The notes under the pieces were generated by a model, which was not told the DNA's origin, searched no databases, and worked only from the letters and a program-made list of their open reading frames with translations. The position numbers and the translations under genes were made by a program. A DNA stretch of 59,336 bases, filler included, from Bipalium vagum (lineage: Eukaryota): assembly GCA_037834085.1 (NCBI GenBank). It is 3 parts of 3 records of this genome, joined end to end, with 100 filler letters (N's around TTAATTAATTAA, not from the genome) between each part and the next. Parts side by side here need not be neighbours in the genome. Positions count along the whole stretch, not along the records: positions 40,356 to 59,336 come from JBBMKC010014236.1; 2 more parts are not named here. One strand, 5' to 3'. Positions 53,008 to 59,336 of this stretch are shown piece by piece. The first letter of the stretch is position 1, and every line of letters starts with the position of its first letter.

Positions 53008-55776
53008 TTTATTTTATATTTAGTGATAGTAAATTTCAGTTTTTGTGTTTTGAACGTTAATCCGTAAATCCTTCTGATTTCAAAAATATTGTGGATTCAC
53101 CTAAACGTCCTGCAATCGATTTTATTAACCCCATTAAACTCATATTTTTTAGGAACTTAACACTTTTTTTACCTGCTTATTTACGACAAAAGAAATTGTA
53201 TTGAGTGTATCATAATACATAATATAATAATAATGATATATTATATATAAAGTAAATAAAAATAATTATTAATTGAACACAATTTTATTAAAATTTGAGT
53301 ATTTACAAAAAGTCGACTCTAAGAAAATCTATACAGAACAGTATATTTTCAAGAATTATATATATGTATATATATAGAAAAAATATGAAACCTAATAATT
53401 CTTTGACTTTTCCTAGAAATCTCTGAGTAAATAATTTGAATAAAGTCAGAATAACAAATAGTCTAACCAAATTTAAACACTGCTGGCGTCTGATATATCA
53501 AAGTATCCCCTTAAACAAAATATTATTATTTTTAATATAATAACAGCTGATATTTAATGGGAGATGTCAAATTATATCCTTTTCCGGATCTCTATAATAA
53601 TATTTTAAAGGAAAAATATTATAGATTTAGCGTTACTCTGATTCATTTTAACTCGAATTAATTTTATTTGAGAGTTTTACATTGTCCCCACGAATTTTTT
53701 TTCCATTCTAATAACTAAAATAATTAAATAAAAATTTTATTATCTTATTATTAATAATATTTTATTCCTTAATATTATTCCTCCTTATTAATTACAAGAG
53801 AAATACTTTTAAAAAGTTTCAATATTGCAAATCCAATTAGACTGAGTGTTTTCTCTAATAAATCATTAATAAAATATTATTAAATTTTTGTTTAAATGCA
53901 TGATTTAAAGATTTGAGATTTTCAAAAGACACAATTTTATTAAGATATTTTATAATTACATTGCTTAAGATTGATTACAACAATAAAGTTCAGTTTTAAG
54001 GGAAATATTTTTTATCTTTAATTTAAATTAATTAAAATTAACAAAAAAATAATCTGAACATTTTATCATAATTTTTCATACATTTATGAAAAGTAAGGGA
54101 AATAATTATTTAAATTACGAAAACGTATAATAAAAAATATCGACAGGACCCCAAATTATATTTATTAATTTTTAAAATTATTAATTCAGTTAATATGGCC
54201 TGAGTGATAGCTTAATTGAAAATCCTTTCTCGACCCTCTTTATAGTTTAGAAACTTTATTCTAGAAACATTTTTTATTTACATATAATAAATATTTTAAT
54301 TTTCATAAAGTCTAAAGAAAATATATATGATATAATGGAAAATTATTGAAACGTTTTAGACTTATTAGTCTGTGCACTCTTCATTAATGCCATCAGCAAA
54401 AACATAATCATTATTGAAATAAAATTAATATATTAACAAATATTTTATAAGAAATATTATGAAAAGAACAACAAAAATACAAATGGTTTTTAATACAATA
54501 TTATTTAAATGAAATATTTAATTCTAAATAATTACTTTATCCTTCAAAAAATTTTTTGTTTGAATGCTTCAATAAAAATAATTCTACGTATATGTTATAA
54601 ATTAGTATGTGGAGAATTACATTTTATAATCTCATAATTTCTACGTAAAGCTAAATAATTAAAAGGTAAATATTGACCAAGATTAAAAGATTAAATAAAA
54701 TTTAATTGATAATATCAAATTTTGTAAGAGGAAGAATACAGTGATTTAATTATTTATTTTAAATAAACAAAACGATCATTTTTCGATTAATTAAAACAAA
54801 AAATAAATCCTATTAAAATAAATTTATAATCAATAAATATATTTATATATTTTCATAAACTGACTGAGTTAAAATCTATGAACCTCACCTAAGTCTTTAT
54901 ACCAAATTAGTTTTATTTATTTTACAAGGAACCTCAAGACTGATTGAAGTTCAATTACATTATAAATGAAAAATTATAACCGTTTGTTTAAATTATATAA
55001 TTAATCATATTATTTAAATTAAATAAATTACAAATTAATAAATTATTATTAAATATATAATTTCATATATCATATGAATTGTAGGCTGAATAATTTCCTC
55101 CGATTTATGAATTGCAAAGCATCTTTTTCGATGAAAATAAGTGCATTGCGTTTTTATTTGAAAAAGTAAATTTTCAAATTTAGAGACAATGTCAAAAATC
55201 ATGTATCTAGAAGGAACCCATATAACATTTATATGCGGTAAAAGAAATTTCCGTAAGAGAGGTAATAATGTGTCATTCGTAATGAAATTCATCCTTGAGT
55301 GAATTGAGATTAAATTCAAATAATAATATTAAATGGTATCAAAAGTTTCTCTGAATTCAAAGTGCACACAATCTATTATAATGCAATTATATAAAAAACA
55401 AAACAATTTACTATTTTAAAAAAAATGTACGGTTTTAAGTACTTTTTGTTATATAAACAATAAATCACCTTTCCCAATAATGACAGATCAAACCTCGAAT
55501 TGCAATTTTGTTTCTGTATTCATGTTACTATAATTATAGATTCAAATAAATACATTGGTATATTTATTTTTAAAAAATTACAAAAATGGTTTGACAGTAA
55601 AATATCAATTTTTTAAGAATTGTTAATAAAAATATTTATTTTGGTAAAAGAAAAATTAAACTATCAGAACCACAGAAACATTTGATGCAACCTAATAATA
55701 ATTAGCAAATTATTGTTGATAAAAAATATAAAGCGAACTGATAAGACTCAAAAAATTATAAAAATATAAATACTTA

Positions 55777-57000
55777 CTCCATTTCATAAAAAACCCGATT
55801 TTTCATTTCATAAAATAGGTAATCATTGTTATTTGTTTATCTGTATTAAATTGATTTTAGAATTGATGGGTCTTTCAAATGATCAAAATTATTATTTCTT
55901 ATCCATTATGAGAAGATCTTAATGAAAATGGGAAAGGTCCAGCCCGAATATGATACACTCTAGCATTTATGCTAGACATTTCATGTCAATAAGGATTATG
56001 GCCGCGATTTAAGAAAACATTTTTTGAAAGAGGTACACCAGAGCGAAAGAGTGGACCTGGAAGAAGGAATTCGGAAGATTGTGCTGAGAAACGACAACGA
56101 GTTGTCGAAGCCATTCGCAAGCGGCTTATCAAAGCTGAGGAGGTGAAACTTGTCCCCAAAGGAACTGTCCTCTCTTAAATGATAATCAAAAAATAAAGAG
56201 ACTAAAATGGTGTAGACAAAATCGCTGTAATAAATGGAATGCCTATGTCGACATAGATGAAAAGTGATTCGAATTGTATCAATTCTGTCGAGAATGATAT
56301 CATGAAAACAGTCCAAGGAAAAAGCAGCCATTACTTAATAAAGGTAATATACGAAGAATTATGATACTTAACCTGACATCGCAAAAGGCTTTGATGGGTT
56401 GATAGGTATCTGGAGAATAGAAACAGGATGTGGAGGCCCAGCGTTCTTACAAAAATCATAACAAAGATGATAAATAAAAAGTTGATTGCACATTGACAGC
56501 TGATAATTTTTACAATTTGATGAATACTGAAATCATGCCAGCAATCTCTTAGAAATGCAGTGGTGTACAAATGCTACTATCCAAATGGATAATGTCCACC
56601 CTCATGTTGGAAAGAAAAATGTTCAAAATTTCAATTACTTCGGAGAAAATATTGTTCCACGTATTACCGTCATAAATCAGCCGACGCAGTCTTCAGATTT
56701 AAATGTCAACGATATTGGCTTCTTCAATAAGCTATGTCATAGAAATAATTGTAAAAATTTTGATGAATTGTGGCTTTCATTACAACAGACGTTTTGGTCA
56801 ACTAGGCCTGAAACGTTGAAATCTCTTTTTGAATGTAAATCTCGGATATTGCAACATATTATTAGTCAGAAAGGATCAATGGTTAATGTACAACATTCGT
56901 CATTAATAACTTTGTAAATTAATGTGTTTTATTCTTGTTATAATTTAAATATAATATAAGTGCTCTTCGTATTAACAAATCGGTTTTTTATGTAATGAAG
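55777..57000 (+). mobile_element. TIR-bounded IS630-Tc1-mariner element, DD40D (plant-MLE/DD39D-like), pseudogenised transposase
   Basis: TA flanks; left TIR CTCCATTTCATAAAAAACCCGATTT matches right reverse complement CTTCATTACATAAAAAACCGATTT; motifs HIDEK*F, IQMDNVHPH, QPTQSSDLNVNDIGFF (ORF 56555-56917); 40 residues between the second and third D. Confidence 0.85.
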
Positions 57001-59252
57001 TAATTAAATAAATAAATAAAGTAAACATAATATTGTCAATTTTGCTTATTGATAAATTCACATTTATTATTCATTATTATTATATAATCAATAATAAAAG
57101 AGAAAGTATAATTAAATTCAAATATTTCAATAAAAATAGGTATCATGTACAATAAATAATTGGAATATAAAAGATATTATTTGTCGTTTTTTTGCCGATA
57201 ATTTAATAATGATAATAATAATTTAAATATTAAAAATAATAATAATATTTGGATTAGTTTTTATTGAAGCAATTCAATTACAAACTAAGTCTGTGTATTA
57301 GCATGAAACTTGAGAAGGAAAGCAAATAATTGGAAAACGTTTCTCAAAAACTTAATTAGCATTTTCCACAGATTTGATTGAAGCCACAGAAAGAAATTAA
57401 TGATTTCCCTCTAGAGACATATAAAGAGATTAAAAATCGTCATAAGACAGGTTTTGCAAGGAATCGACCGTTAACCAGGAATCGAAAATCAGGAAATATA
57501 GAAGATTAAAAGTAAACAATTATCAATCCACTTTAAACAATATTTAATTATTAATTTATTTTGCATATTTTCCTTAGAAAATTTGTTTGTTTGAACTCAC
57601 TAAACGATGAACCCCTTCGTGTTACCTTTTCATTTATTTCAAAGCAATTATCAAAATAATTTCCTATTCATTAATTAAATCTATTTTTATTTACAGGTAT
57701 CATTTTTTAATTAATTAAATATAATGAAAATAAAAATTTTGTTTTTCTATAACGATTTCGGTAACAGTGAAGTTTTAGATGTAAAGTAAACCAATCAACT
57801 CAATTTTGATGTTTTGCAATGTAATGATGTCAGATAGTGCCAAACCAGAACTATAAGATGAACGTCTCATTAATTTGACGTTTTCATTTGCCACAATCAT
57901 TTGCTTTGTGAGAAGTGAAAGTAGTTTGGTATAGAATGATTGTAGGCCATGGGTTACTTTTTCGGACGTCTTTGAGGAATTTTAAATTAATAATTGCAAC
58001 ATGATCTGATTATACTGCTAATTAGGTAACCATTTTTAGAAGTGGTGGAGATTGAACAGTGGTCAAGGAAACAAAAAATGAAAATATTAAAAAAAAGTTG
58101 ACTAATATATATCGTTGAGGCTTTAGAAATGCTTGAGATTTCTTTGCTGAACTTTGGGCATAGCATTAAACTATGTGACACAGTCTTGTTTATTATTATT
58201 GTTTACTCATATTAGATCATGAGATATTCACCAGAAACATGATTCCTCATATTGGGAATTATTCATATTGGAACTTTGAGGAACGAGTAATATTGAATTA
58301 TAAATATAATAAAATTCCATCGATATAATATTTGAAGATATTCAAGAAGAATTCTGTAAAGTCAATATTTTCTTTATCTATCGCCAAACTGGGCATTGTT
58401 TATGTTTCAACTAACATCAAAGGTCCTAAAAATAATTAATAATAAATATTAATAAAAATCTAACGTTTTCGTGTAAAAAATTAAAGTGTTACGAGCGGGC
58501 TTTTTAATAATATTTTCAACAATTGATGATATTTTTTAATCTGACAATATATTTTAATAATTAACGATTTTAATAATATTTACAAAATTTTTGTCAAAAT
58601 CCTTCTCATGTCTATTTCACTGGATTTGAGACAATTCAGGATTTGTCAGTCATGTTCATTTTTAAGGTTGCAGTTGTGGGACTTATCGATTGAATAAACA
58701 TTGAAGACTTACGTGTTTGTTTGATTTATTACACAATCATTATTATTTATTTACTTATTTATTATTATTTATTCCCGAACGCAACTATAGGATTTCATGG
58801 AATCAGATCATACGATCATCTTTGTTAACATAAGAGATCAATAATCCCGTTAAAGAAACAAATATTCTAAACCAGATTAAAATGTAAATATAACACATGG
58901 TAAAGAAGATTTTTCAAGAATGTTTGCATAACATTAGAAAATTTAAAAGTAATCATTAAATTAATTTATTATTTATTATTAAATGAGCATTGAACATGCT
59001 ATGATATTAAAGGAACTCCAAATAGTATGTGTGAAAATGAATAATTTATTTAAAGTGGAAGTATTGGCACATGATATATCGCTTAAATTAATTATTAAAA
59101 AGATAAATAATTATGCCAAAAATTGTTTGTGGAATTTAATATTAAAAAATAATTTTTAAGATTTAAGAAAAATATTTAAACATAACGTTATTATATCATT
59201 TTTTATTGAGACAATTTTAACTAAAATAAAATATCAAAATGCAAATTAACAG

Positions 59253-59336
59253 GTAGAAATGTGGAGACTACGACCAACGAAACCTGGTGATCATCCGGCT
59301 CAACCAAGGCCAAGTGGAGCAACTCGCCCGAACATT
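59253..59336 (+). CDS. Possible exon start at the window edge (VEMWRLRPTKPGDHPAQPRPSGATRPNI), product unknown
   Basis: Sharp GC rise after an AACAG acceptor with an open frame; a minus-strand frame is also open. Confidence 0.25.

Noticed and set aside
1-59336. CRISPR arrays, operons, tRNA or rRNA genes
   Set aside because: Spliceosomal eukaryotic DNA; no repeat-spacer array or recognisable structural RNA gene was seen by eye.

Overview
Very AT-rich metazoan genomic DNA with (AAT)n microsatellites and assembly gaps. The 42-55 nt minimal introns and abundant mariner relics suggest an invertebrate such as a triclad flatworm, but the taxon is only inferred. One host gene can be reconstructed: a + strand, 14-exon, phase-consistent model (6063-23097, 755 codons, 3' end lost at a scaffold join). 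It encodes a signal peptide, one degenerate Ca-motif-free beta domain, an NC-like domain, EGF, LamG, EGF, LamG, EGF, EGF, a TM helix and a cadherin-like juxtamembrane motif. This is a type-III classical-cadherin-like protein that appears to lack the usual array of EC repeats. Most other recognisable sequence is decayed transposons: mariner, Tc1, maT DD37D, rosa-like, a TIR-bounded DD40D (DD39D/plant-MLE-like) element, pogo, Merlin, a piggyBac end, an L1/Tx1-like LINE, a young mariner MITE and a Penelope-like retroelement with an intact-looking minimal hammerhead ribozyme. Two 100-nt gaps contain an artificial TTAATTAATTAA linker, so adjacency across 24.4 kb and 40.3 kb is unproven. Boundaries of decayed elements are approximate.
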